Assembly (NCBI GenBank): GCA_043228905.1
Contig: JBHGNT010000006.1
Coordinates: 15,624,001-15,688,000, forward strand
Length of the DNA stretch: 64,000 nucleotides
DNA from: Azolla caroliniana
Lineage: Eukaryota > Plantae > Polypodiophyta
Reading direction: 5' to 3'
The position numbers and the translations under genes were made by a program. The notes beneath the pieces are model-generated. The model was not told where the DNA came from. It ran no database searches and saw nothing but the letters and a program-made list of their open reading frames with translations. This document shows positions 24,101 to 36,109 of the stretch, in pieces; the first letter of the stretch is position 1, and the number at the start of each line of letters is the position of its first letter.

Positions 24101-27100
24101 GCTCCTCTGTTCGCGAAATGTGAGGGTTTCTATGTGGCAGGGGTTTTCTTGTTGCATGTTGGCGCTTGTTTTTTTCTTAGCCGCGCGTGTGCACATCGTG
24201 TACTAAAATAGAATGTCGTGCCATGTGGCGGCGGTTTAATACCCTATAATTAGCCCACTACGTACCTTCTCAAAGTGCCTGTTCACTCCCTGTTCTTGCA
24301 TGTGTCCGTTAACCCCTCGCCCTTGCATGCTTTACTTTGATTTGATTTGATTTGATTTTTTTTCTAAGATAACAATGGTTTTGTTAATTCGCATCCGGTC
24401 CCCCTAGACCCCTATCCGGATTGTGGTCCTTGCCGGCCGTTGGACTTCTTGCCGTCGCATCGTTCTTGTCGTTTACCGGCTCGTGCTCCCTCTTACCGGC
24501 TTCGCGCTTGCCGATTGTTGAACGTGTTGCCGTCTCTTCCAACTTACCGGTGTCTGGTTCTGTGTCTCCCTTTACTTGTTCAAATAGGTTTCTTGGCATG
24601 GGTCCATTGTATGGGTTGAGTCGGAACCCATTGACCCATTTACCCAAAACCTCACCGGCGAGTGTCCCTAATTGGTAGGAACCGTTGAACTCACGCGTAA
24701 TCTAGTATGGTCCGGTTCACCGAAACCATAGCTTTCCCAACATCTTACCCATCTGGGTCTGGAATACTAGTACCGATTTACCGATTTCGAACATCTTTTC
24801 GTTCCCTTTCCGATGATGATCCACGAATGCCTTCCTTCGCCACTACTCTAGTTCTAGGTGCATGATGCTAGCTAGTCGGTGGTGACTAAGCTAATCCGTT
24901 GGCTTGCAGATAATAGGGAGTGCTCCGCTTCGTCTCTGTTCATCTCCTCCGGAGGTAAGTCGGTGCTCAGAAATTGGTGCATGTTGGTGAGCCACTTGTC
25001 TTCCTCTGCGACCGTACTATCCGTTGCTGTTTCTGCTGTGACTCTAAACAGCTCTGCATCCGGAAAGTCGTATGGGACTCCGTCACCGGTTTCGCCGGAA
25101 TCTAACCGGCTTAAATAGTTTGCTACTGCATGTTGTATGTCGGGTTGGTGGAATATCTCAAACTCGAATTCTTGTAATGGTAACATCCACCGGGCCAGCT
25201 TACCGATGAGTGATGCTTTGGACACCAAGTAGAGGAGCGCCGAATGATCTACGTGAAAGGAAAATTTCTTTCCCAATAGATAGTGTCTAAACTTGGTGAC
25301 ACTATAGATCATACCCAATGCCTCCATATCCGTTGTGGAATAATTACGTTCCACTTGGGACAGCTTCCGGCTGGCATAATATACTGGCCGCTACCATTTC
25401 GGTTCTATCAGTTGCATCAACGCGCTCTCGATTGCGATGTCGGACGCGTCAACGAACACATGGAACTCTTTAGGCCAATCTGGAGGTTGCACCACCGACG
25501 CTTGTCACAACAGTACTTTTAGTGCCCGATAAGGCTGGTCTTCTGTGTCCGTCCATTGGAACAATGTCCGATGTACCGCGGCATGCAGTGCTGTAGCCAG
25601 GTCTGCTAGATACCGGAGCATTTGTCTATGCCACCGAATTTGTCCTCAGAACTAGCTTAGTGCCTTTGCCGTGGCTGGTGCCGGTGCCTCCAGGATTGCT
25701 TTTACTTTGTCCGGATGCATTGCAATACCGTCGTTGCTCACTATGTGGCCCAGTAACGCTCCGTTGGTTACTCCGAACACGCATTTTGCCGGGTTCAGGC
25801 TTAGTCGGTAAAACCTACATTTCTCCACACATAGTCGGAGGTGCTAAAGGTGATCCCCTTCCTGCCTATAAACAGCGAAGTCATCCACGAACACCTGCAT
25901 GAATGCCGGAATGAATTCTCCGAAAATCTCCATGATGATCTGCTGGAAGGTTGCCAGCGCCGTTTTCAGTTCGAACATCATCACTACCGCAACAAAGACT
26001 CCCCATTCGGTGACAAAAGCGGTTTTATCCTGGTCGGCGGGGTGCATCCGGATCTAATTATAGCCGCTGAAACCGTCTAGAAAACTGTACACCTCATGAC
26101 CGGCGACCGCATCTAGGACTCCATCCGTGAATGGAAGCGGGAAGGTGTCCATTACCGTAGCCGCATTCAATTTCCGATAGTCAACACAAACTCTTATCTT
26201 ACCGTTCTTTTTGGGTACTACGACTATCGGGCTGAGCCATGTGGCTTTCTTTACCGGTCGGATGAAGACCACTCTTAGCTTGACTTGTCGATTTCTTCTT
26301 TGACTTTTGTTGCGTAATTCAGGTTCATCCGGTAATGCCGTTGTGCTACTGGTTTGGCGTCTTTACTCAGATGTATTTGGTGTTGATACAACTGAGGATC
26401 GAGTCCCCGCATGTCCTCGTAGGACCAGGCGAACACATCGCGAAATTCTTTTAGGAGTGTGATCATTGTCGTTTTGTTCTCCAGGGTCATTTCCTTGGCG
26501 ATGTGCACCGGTCTTGTGTCCGGTAAGTATTGATCGAGCTCTTCGTCCGCCAATCCTTCTAGCATGTTGACACATTCCGCATATAGCGGCGTTGATTCCT
26601 TGCCGGTACTGGATCGTGGTTGAGTCGGTACTCGTACTTTCGCTTTTCCACGTCAAAACCTAATTATATTCTTCCTTCAGTTTTGCTTGATTTGTGTTGT
26701 TTTTAACCAAGGGCGTCCCAACAATATTGAGTAAGCTCCCTGAGCCTGTAGCTGGAGAACTACTGCAGAAATGCGAAATGTGTGACCCCGATGGTCACTT
26801 CCAGATCATGTATTAATCCGATCGGCCGTACTGAGCTTGTGTTTGCCATCCGAAGCCAAAATGGGCACGGTTCCCAGTCCTAGATTCCTAGAGTGTTACA
26901 CGTTCAGAGGCTGATCACGTTCACGCTAGATCCTCCATCGATAATCGTGCTCGGTAGCTCATTTCCTTTCACGATGGTTGTGATTGCCGGACTGCTCGTG
27001 TCCATCACTGCCGGTCCTTCCTCCGGATTCGAAAAGAATGTCGGAGCCGGTGGTGTGTCAACTGCCGTCCTTCCTATCTTCAGTCCTTCCGTGAAGCGTG

Positions 27101-28455
27101 GTACCAGTTGCAATAGCTGGCCTAACGACAGCGTTATTTGGCATTCTTGTAACGCCTGCCATGTTGGGTTTTCAGGCTGCCCCGGGCCAGTGAGCTCTTC
27201 GGCATTCTTCTTTTGTTGTTCAAGCTCTGCCGCATTCCGCTCATTTGCCTTCTTCACCCATTCGGTTGCCTGCTTCCAGATGGCTTCTTAAGTTTCCCAC
27301 TCCGTGGCTTTGCCTTTTGATCTTGTAGTGACTTGTTGTATGTCCGCGACTTCCGCGTCTACCATGTTCATCGTCGGTCACTTGTCATAGCTCTTCGCCG
27401 GACATTGATTAGTAATTACTATAGTGGGCTTCTTGTCGGCAATAATAGCAGTACGGCTTCCGAGTGTTGCTGGATTCAGCGTGTGTGCTTGGTGCAGGTC
27501 CTGTGGTAAGTGCTTGGTTTTGGTCCGGTTGGCTGCTTGGAGCGCTCTTTTCCGGTTCCCGTGGATGTCCCCCCTTTTTGTTGAAATGACGTTTCTTGAA
27601 ATTATTTTTGTTTCGGTAACCTTGATGGTGTTGGTCATCATACTTGCCATAGTCGTCCCATCGGTGGTTGTAACCAGGGGAGTGATCCCGTTTGTATCTC
27701 TCGTACCGTCCATTATAGTCCTGGTATCTATCCTGTCTGTCATACCGGTCATAAGCATCTCTTCGATCACTGTACCGGACATCTTGTGCCAGTCAGTAGT
27801 GCTCCTCTCGCCGCCAACGTTCTTCTTCTTCCTCCTGGTTGCTCCGTGGTTCAATTTGCCGGACCGGTGGTGCTTGCCGATTTAACAAGTTATACTCACA
27901 CCGTTCCATTGTGTGACTTCTGGAGTGGCAGAGCAAGCATTGGGAACGCATGGTGCATTCCAGCGCCGAATGTTCGGCATTTAGGCATGTCGTACATTGA
28001 ACTGCTTGCCGGAAATGGAGGTCCTCTTCCGTTGGTAGTGCACGCTGAAGTGCGCCCATGGTTAACCATGAACTTGAGGTTTCCATTTCCCAAACTCGGT
28101 CGATCACTTGATCTATGTTGCTGGTTCGGAAATCAATAACGGTGCACACCATACGTAAGGGTTCCCAGAGGGCTGCTAAGAATATGGCCTTTGTTTCTTC
28201 CTCCGGTGGTGTCCGGCTGAGTTGACTGTGGATCCGCTAGAACTGGATGACAAACTGCTGAATGTTCTCCATTGGTTCCTACCGGATACTGTAAAATAAG
28301 CCTACCATTTCCCGCTGGTCCATCTCCTTGTGAAAGAAATGCAAAAAAAATTTCTTTATTGTTTCAAACGTGGGGATGGTGCTGGGATCTTGTGTTCGGT
28401 GCCATCTGGCGGCCGGTCCCTCCAAGGTCATGCCGAACTCTGCCCTTTTTGAGCA
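21173..28455 (-). mobile_element. Gypsy element G (LTR-2 family) with extra ORF3; 5' end deleted
   Basis: LTR 21173-21621 with TATATAA on the minus strand at about 21424-21430; gag about 28450-27380; protease IIDGGSS; RT KIRVCVDY, FLDGFSGY, FVDD; RNase H ERNYSTT; integrase C-terminus VNGFRL.PY. Left end interrupts the Copia F integrase. Confidence 0.85.
21675..24196 (-). pseudogene. Additional ORF3 downstream of pol in element G (long coiled coil), broken by stops and frameshifts
   Basis: Consecutive minus-strand ORFs 23663-24196, 23272-23562, 22509-23156, 22110-22481 and 21675-22109; E/K/Q/L-rich and heptad-like. Confidence 0.7.
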
Positions 28456-31400
28456 TCCTTTAGCAGCAATCTGCATTTTGTTGATGTCGTCAACAACACA
28501 TCTCTTATGCCGACAATTTGGCATGTACCTTCATTCCCCATTCGTACACAACCATGATCTCCAGTTGTGTAGGATGAGAAGCATCTCCGGTCTGGAATCG
28601 ACAACCCACGTTGTCTCGTCACCGACAAGGTTTAACTCATTCTCCTCGATAATGAGCATTAGTTCTTCTTCACTTGTCACGATTGCCGACGTTCCCTTCT
28701 GATCCGAACCATTCCGGTCCAAACCCTTCTTCCAATTGGCATTGTCGGTTCCTTTCTCTTTCCTCAAATGCCGACAGTTCTTCTGGAAGTGTCCCAGCTT
28801 CCCACAGTAGAAGCAAGTAGGCCTCCCCCTTGACTTTGACCTTGTCCCCGATTTGTCCCGATTTTGGGGATTCCGATACTGGCCTCTTACCCGGCTTTGG
28901 TCACCTTCCATGACCAAGGCCTTTGGATCGGTTCCGGACTCCCAGTCCTTCCAGTGAGCTTCTTCATCTAGCAGGCTTGATTTTACCCTTGCTAGGGACA
29001 ACTGCTTTCCTTTTCTTCTTTTTTACTTTTATTTTTCCAAAAAGATTTCCTTCATTAGTATTAAGAAAAAAACGCCATAAGGTTACAAACTGTACAATTT
29101 AGAGAGTATTATATACAAAAAGGATAATCAGGGGAAGGGCCAAGGATGATGATACTTCCATATAGGTCCTTGAGAGGAGATCGTGAATAGAGGCAACTTC
29201 CTCCATAATTGTAGTAATTTTTTCCTTTTCTTAAGAACAACCTCCGAAGGGCTCGACATATTGTCATATTGCCCACGCACTACTACCAGTAAGTTGTCCC
29301 ATAATTCTAGCAATATATCTGAGAGAAGGGGTACTATGGAATCATATCGTCTTTTACATTGATACTTCCATAAGGTCCATAATGTAACCGTGGCTACTGT
29401 TTTACATACTTGGGTTGCACGCATTTGCTTTCGAGGCTGCTGAAAAGGCGAGACAGATATTAGATCCCTATTGATAACAGTCTTAGCCTCTAGAGCATCA
29501 TCTGCCTCATACAATAATAGAGTGGAATGGAGAACCCCCCATACCGTTGATCCCTAGGAGAATAGGCAACCTACATTAATTGTCAGGAATAAAGAAAGAC
29601 CTTTATTCCATACCTATTGAGCTAGTGAACAGGACCAGAGAGCATGCTTGGTAGTTTCCTGCAAGTCACCACAATAACTACACTGTCTAAGAACGGGTGC
29701 CACGTTTCCTTTCAAAGCTTGACCTACCGGCAGTGATGCATGTAACAAAAGCCATTTGAAGAGAGTGTATTTTGATGGTCCCCTAAAAGACCAAATCCAT
29801 TTCCAATAAGCCTTCAAATGATTGCTTGATACACCCCACTTATTCCAGTGCTTTTGAGCCGCAGGAGTTGGAATATTTTTAGACATGAGTAAGGTTCTAC
29901 CAAATTTCACAGTATACTAAAAGAACGGAACTTTTTGCATTGGATCCATCATGGGACTAGTCCAAGACCATCCCCCTAGGTCCCACATTAGCCTATTAAT
30001 TGGCTGGTGTGCATATAGCCAAAGCATATCCAACAAATGGGCTATTGACAGTTGTGGATCCAGGAGCCATTTCTTACCAGTTTTGGCAATCACCCTAATT
30101 GGAACAGCACGTAGGTTTTGTAGCAAATTATCAGAGGGTGTATAAGGCTGCAATTTATTATCCTGTTGAATATGGAAATAAAAAATACACCCGTTTGTAG
30201 AGATTCCCTTAACAAAGAGCATTATGCCATTCATTAGGCAACCAAACCACATATGCTCCTGCATTGGCTGAAGTCGCGATGAGGCCTGAGAGAAGGTTGC
30301 TAAAATATCCATTGTCATTGTCTTTGCCCCATATGTCGAATGTAATTGCTTAAGGCGATCCACTTTTGGCATCTGCTGAAAATGAATCCAGGATCCTACT
30401 GATGCTGCTGGCCCATTATCAAGTTTTCCCCATGCAAGACGAGGTCTAAGGCCCAATACATTTCCAATAGAATCCCAAACGAGAGAATTAGCCAAAAGCG
30501 GGTGATTCATCTAACCATCCCATGTGTTAGGCAGATCTCCTTGCGTAGAAAAATCTTGATTGCATCCCATGCTCTAACAATCCCCAGTAGAAATCTATTG
30601 GATGTTAGATTCCATCTCGGTGTTTGAATATCTGTCAAGAACATCCATTTTAAAGAAGGAAACCAGTTTCCTCCCGTCTTGGGATATAATTGCATCAACT
30701 GATTAAGCAGCAACATACCCTTCCATGCTTCTGCCCCTGGTAATAGTCCTCTGACTACAAACTTTATCAAGAGAGCTCAAGATTGTATCAAGGGATCTAT
30801 TAGAGCCAACCCTCCCTGACTTTTTGGCCTAATCAAAACATCCCATGCCACCTTGGCCATTGCACGAGATCCATTTTTTCCACCCCAAAGGAAGTTACGT
30901 ATGAGGCTTTGAACTTTCATGATTGCCGACCTAGAGAACAACCAAGCTAATGTGATAAACCACATTGAAGCCAACAACACTGAATTTGCAATGACAACCC
31001 GACCTGCAAGGGATAACTGTTGCGAGTCCCAATATACCAACTTACGCTTAATTGATAATAGCAATGGTGATAGAATCACTCCAAATGGTAAATCTATACC
31101 AACAAGACAGCCTAAGTAACAAATCGGCTCCCCATAATTTAGCCAACAGAATGCAGGGCCTGGATACCATTGTGGACGCGGTTCATCACTGGCCCAAAGG
31201 CCTACAGATTTATTCCAATTGAGAGAGGCTCCAGTAGCATCTGAAAATATTTGTAAAGCATTTTGTACCCGATCAAGATTAACAACATCTCCGCGAATAT
31301 AAAGAGCAGTGTCATCCACAAACTCTGCATCAAGAACTATTGAGTTTGCAATATAGGTAAGGCTATTCCTTGGATGGCCGCCATCGAGGATCTAAGAAAA

Positions 31401-34242
31401 GCTGATAAAGCTTCCCCAAATAAAATAAAAAGAAATGGTGCTAACGGACAACCTTGTCGAACAGATCTGGAAATTGGAAATAATGTACCATTGCCTCCAG
31501 AAAATAAAAGTGAGCTAGACGCGTGTCTATATAATGCAGAGACCCTTTTTATCCATGCACTTGGAAACCCTAATCTTGATAGAACTGCCTCTAGAAAGTC
31601 CCAATCTACTTTATCATATGCTTTCTCAAAATCTAATAATAGTATAGCAAGGGACTTTTTGTGATGTTGAGCTAGTGCAATCATCTCCCAAAAAAGGAAG
31701 ATATTGTCAAAGATGCTTTTATCTTGAAGGAATCCTGATTGTGTATCATGTATAATCGAGCGAAGCAACGGTCGCATTCTATTGGCTATAGTTTTTGCTA
31801 CTATTTTATAGATGTCGTTAAGCAAAGTTATAGGACGCCATTTTGATATTTCATTACATTGAGCATCTGATTTCGGGATCATGTATATGATTCCTTCCGT
31901 CCATTCTTCGGGCATATTCCCTGTTGAGAAAATTGAATTAACTGCTCTAGTAAGAGTAGGCCCCAACAAGTCCCCATAGTGCCAATAGAATACCACTCCT
32001 ATGGCATCCTTTCCTGGGCACACATTTTTTCCCAGGGACTTGACCGCTGTCCAAACTTCAGTGTCTGTAAATGTTTGAAGCAACTGGGAAGCCATTACAT
32101 GAGTGACCTTTTGCTGTATTGTTTCTAGTACAAGTTGTCTCTTATAAAGGTCCTCCTCCGAGAAAGATTTAGCAGATAACAACTGATGATAATATGTCAT
32201 AGCTATGTCTCGCATCTCCGAATCATCCGTTGTGTAAGAGCCACGTTGTGTAAGAGCCATCAAGTTGTTTTAGGGTTTTGATAGATAGTGTTTTATACTT
32301 CTGTTTAAATTGACTGAAGAATTTTCTGTTAACCCTATCCTGCTTCTGTGACCAAGAAGTTGTATTACGTTGATAGAAATACAATCCTCTCGCATGTTGC
32401 TTTTCTTTTAAATTGCTTTTTACTTGTTGTAAATCCGATAGTAACATCGGTGAGGTTGGATATCTTTCCAATAACTTTTTGTGTTGCAGCCAATGCTTGA
32501 CACAAATTAGCAATCTGAGCATTGCATCGATCAACCGAAGAGGCAACTATGTTTATGAAGAAACTCTTGACATCAAGAATGGCATCGGAGAAGCTATACT
32601 TAGACCAGATTTGAGCTACAAAAACTCTATGAGTTTGATTAGCAAGCAATGAGTTCGGGATACGGAATTACTTAAGATAGGACCTTTTGGTGAATACAAT
32701 GTTTAACTTCAATAGATAATGATTAGAAGTTACCATCCCAGGAATAATCCCCATAGATCCAGAAGCTTCCCAAAAAAAGCTACTAGCATAAAACCTGTCC
32801 AATCGTGCCAAATTAGCTGCAACCATACTACCATTTCACTGGGAGAAATGAAGGGAGCCTTGCATTCGAGAAGTGGAATGAATATTCCATAGATCCAATA
32901 AACCAAAAGAGAAACAGAACGAATCCCAAGCTCTAGCTTCTCGGCTTGTTATTGTATTGATTGATCCTCCCCTTCTATCAGATGCTTCTTCAATCATGTT
33001 AAAGTCACCACCCACAAGCCAAGAGTTTGCTAATCCGGCGTATTCAGAAAGAGAAATCCAAAAGGAAGCTCTTTCTGAGGCCGAGTTAGAAGCATATAGA
33101 TTTATAATACCAATCTTTTGAGGTCCTATTTGAAGAATAAGAAATTGCACCCTTTTATTCAAAATAGTACCTGCCGAGACTATGATGGATGCTCATTATT
33201 CTTTAATAGCCATGCATAAACCAGCTTGTCTACTATTTTGACCTATCTCTAGGACCCAAAAATGTATCCATCTCCCTGGTAGAATAGAACCATAACTCCG
33301 TATCCTATCAGCAGACAAGTGATGCTCTTGCAAAAAAAGAATATCAATTGCACCAACATTTGGTGTATCTAAATCTACTCGTATATGTCCTTTAAATCTA
33401 GGAAAGGCCTGACCCCCCAAGCCTTGCACGTTCCAAGAAAGGATATTTAACTTGTCCATACTACATATGATTTGAAGATGTGTGTTTCTCAAGGAGAATG
33501 TCCCGACGACTCTTCTTAGCGCCCACTTGAGCGCGGATTTGTTGTTTTGTTATCAAGTCCTTCCTTGCATACTTATGAACCCTATGTTCTTTGATAGCCT
33601 TATCCAACTCCTGGCTTGTGGCCCTGTCCTTCGAGGACCCAAACTTGAAACCATTGGCCTCTTCCTCTATCAATAACAATTCGACTTCCATTATTTCCTT
33701 TTTCTCATAAATAGTTTCTCCTTTGATAACTGCTTTCCATCCCGCCCGGTGTCGCCCAACATGACAATTAGCATCTCCCAACTATCCGGTAGGGAAACGA
33801 GAAGGAGTAATGTGAGTACCTCATCGGCAAGAGGTACTTCCAACAAGGTTGCTAGATGTATTAGCCCTTGGAAGGCATTCATGTGCTCTGCCATACTCGA
33901 GTCGTCCTGGTATCGGAGCCTCACTAGGTTCCAGAATACTGAAACCCGATTAATAGCATTCTTGTTCTGGAACATGATGTCGATCTTCTCCCAGAGTTCA
34001 TGAGCCTTACTTTGTTCATTGAAGTTGTCATACAGGCTCATGTCGATGAAGCACCAGATGTATGTTGTCGTCTTCATGCACATCACCTCGCACATTGTGG
34101 TGTTGATCTTATCCGGTCTCTTGTCCCCGAACTGAACCGACAACCAAACATCTTTAACCACTAACATATCCCTCATCTTCGACTTCCACATTGAGTAGTT
34201 GGAGCTGGTGAGCTTGAACATGCCGTCAAACAATTCTTCCAT
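28456..34242 (-). pseudogene. gag: Copia F gag-protease, split by a LINE
   Basis: MFKLTSSNYSMWK..MRDML in ORF 33691-34269 continues into ORF 28531-29001, which has CFYCGKLGHFQKNC and WVVDS. Confidence 0.9.
29011..33727 (-). mobile_element. 5'-truncated LINE (L1-like): end of ORF1 and full-length degenerate ORF2 (APE endonuclease, RT, zf-RVT)
   Basis: 11-bp TSD AACTGCTTTCC at 29000-29010 and 33728-33738; T-rich tail at 29011-29036; SWNVQGL, LQEH, GGDFN, LDFEKAYD, RQGCPLAP, FVDDT, C..C...ETTKHALWSC. Confidence 0.95.
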
Positions 34243-35169
34243 TTCCTGTGTTGTTCGCTCTGATACCAATTTGTAGAGAATAGCGTGGAATATTGCTCAG
34301 CCAAAACTGAGACTTGAATCACTTCTATGAGAATCAAACGCAGAAATGGGGGAGTAAACGCACGTACACACACGAACAATAGAGAGTACACAGGATGTTT
34401 ACATGGAAAACCCTAATATGGAAAAACCACAGGAGCCCATAGACTCCAAAGTATCACTATATGAGAAAGGTACAATCAGAGACTTGGAGGCAATGACCTC
34501 GAGCTCTGTATCTTTGTCAACCGGTGGTTACAACAGAAATCGTTCTGTATCTCACTCTCTCTATCACTCTTTGTCACTCTCTATACAATAGTTATACACA
34601 TACAACAATATGACAACACACATCTCATATAATGTGATTGCCCTAGGTCATATTTATACTCATATGAACTTAGGGCTATCGACAAATATAACCCCAATAG
34701 ACTTACTCAAAACATATTTACAAATATGTCTTCTCTTCCGGTTCTCACCAGATCCCATCCGGAGGGACCGGCTTTCCAACAATTTATAAGTTTTTGGTTG
34801 TGTTATTTTTTCTTTTTCTTTTTCTTTTCTTTTTACATATCCTTGAGTTTATGTGAGGCATTTTTTTATATCACTATTTTTGCTTTGTCATCCCAAATTT
34901 TTCATAAAAGAAAGATCTCTTTGTCAGCTTTCTTACGAACCTTTTCTTTTGAAATTTGGATATGAGGTGAAGAAGTTATGAGCTTTTTTCTTTGCCCAAC
35001 TTTTTTTCTTTTTCTTTTTTCAACTTTCTCTACTTTTGAAAAACGCGTCAAACTTTATATGCGTTTAAGTTTCTTCGTCTTTTAACTCTTGAACCTTTCA
35101 TATCATGCTCTATTCTTATACACGTTAGGATCCAATGTATTTGCCATGGTCTTTTCTTAGGAGCAAAAA

Positions 35170-35578
35170 TTGACTTCACAATAGCGATTCACTCAAAACT
35201 TAATTAATAAGATTATGACATACGATCTTGATCGACTAGTAGTTATAAATATAATCGATGTAATAGAGAAAATAAACAGAACATCCGACACAACAAGTAC
35301 TCTAACTACAAAAATTTAGATTAATATTACTAAAACAGATCGATGTTCATACAATGCTCTCAACCCCTTTTTATAGGCGACCCGAGAGACTTTCCCAAGT
35401 TAATACATTTGCTTGTTTGGCAAGAACCTACAATTACACTAACTGTTCTATTTTCTTAATTACTCTATTTTCTACTTCGTAGATAATACAATATCAACTA
35501 CTTCCTTTCACACTTAGTTCGACTCCAACTCCAATTGCTTTGTTGACCTTTATACTTCGGCTAGTAGGCCGGCTAACA
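35170..35578 (-). repeat. Probable solo LTR (LTR-3 family)
   Basis: Homologous to about 36110-36496; ends ...CTAACA; TATAAAAAGGGG on the minus strand. Left boundary approximate. Confidence 0.6.
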
Positions 35579-35604
35579 ACAGTTAGGTGAACATAGAGAA
35601 TGGA

Positions 35605-35608
<4 letters not shown>

Positions 35609-35667
<59 letters not shown>

Positions 35668-35680
35668 GAGAGAGAGAGAG
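35609..35680. repeat. (CA)n(GA)n compound microsatellite
   Basis: Directly visible. Confidence 0.95.
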
Positions 35681-36109
35681 TGAGCAGATAACTCAAAAAC
35701 TATATTTCAAAAAAGATTTTGTACATAAAACTGTGCTCAGTGAGAACTCTTTATCTAAGCCTCTAACATAGGTTGACTCAAGGACTAACAAGTACTTGAA
35801 TGCTCAGATGTGAGCTTTGACACTAAATGTCTATAGTATTCCTATTTACTAAAATAGGAATGTAGGCCTCTAATGTCTTCTTGGCTCCCAACCGATCTGG
35901 TTGGCGGTTTCTTCAGCCAATCGTCCTTAGTTGACTTGGACGTTAGCTTCTTTAGCTGATGTTGTCCTAGTCAACAAACAAAAAGGGTCGAACAACTTCC
36001 TTATCGAATAGTTTTATCAACGAGACTGTGGTTGAACATTAGATTTGGTCGACTCTGCTCGATCAAACTCTTAAACACAGTTAACATAAGCATACATGTA
36101 CCTCAAATT

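Larger units (their letters stand above)
10559..34781 (-). mobile_element. Copia element F hosting nested insertions
   Basis: 5' LTR 34272-34781; 3' LTR 10559-18600, split by B; TSD ATTTA at 10554-10558 and 34782-34786; PBS-iMet TGGTATCAGAGC at 34257-34268; PPT at 18601-18610. Confidence 0.92.
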
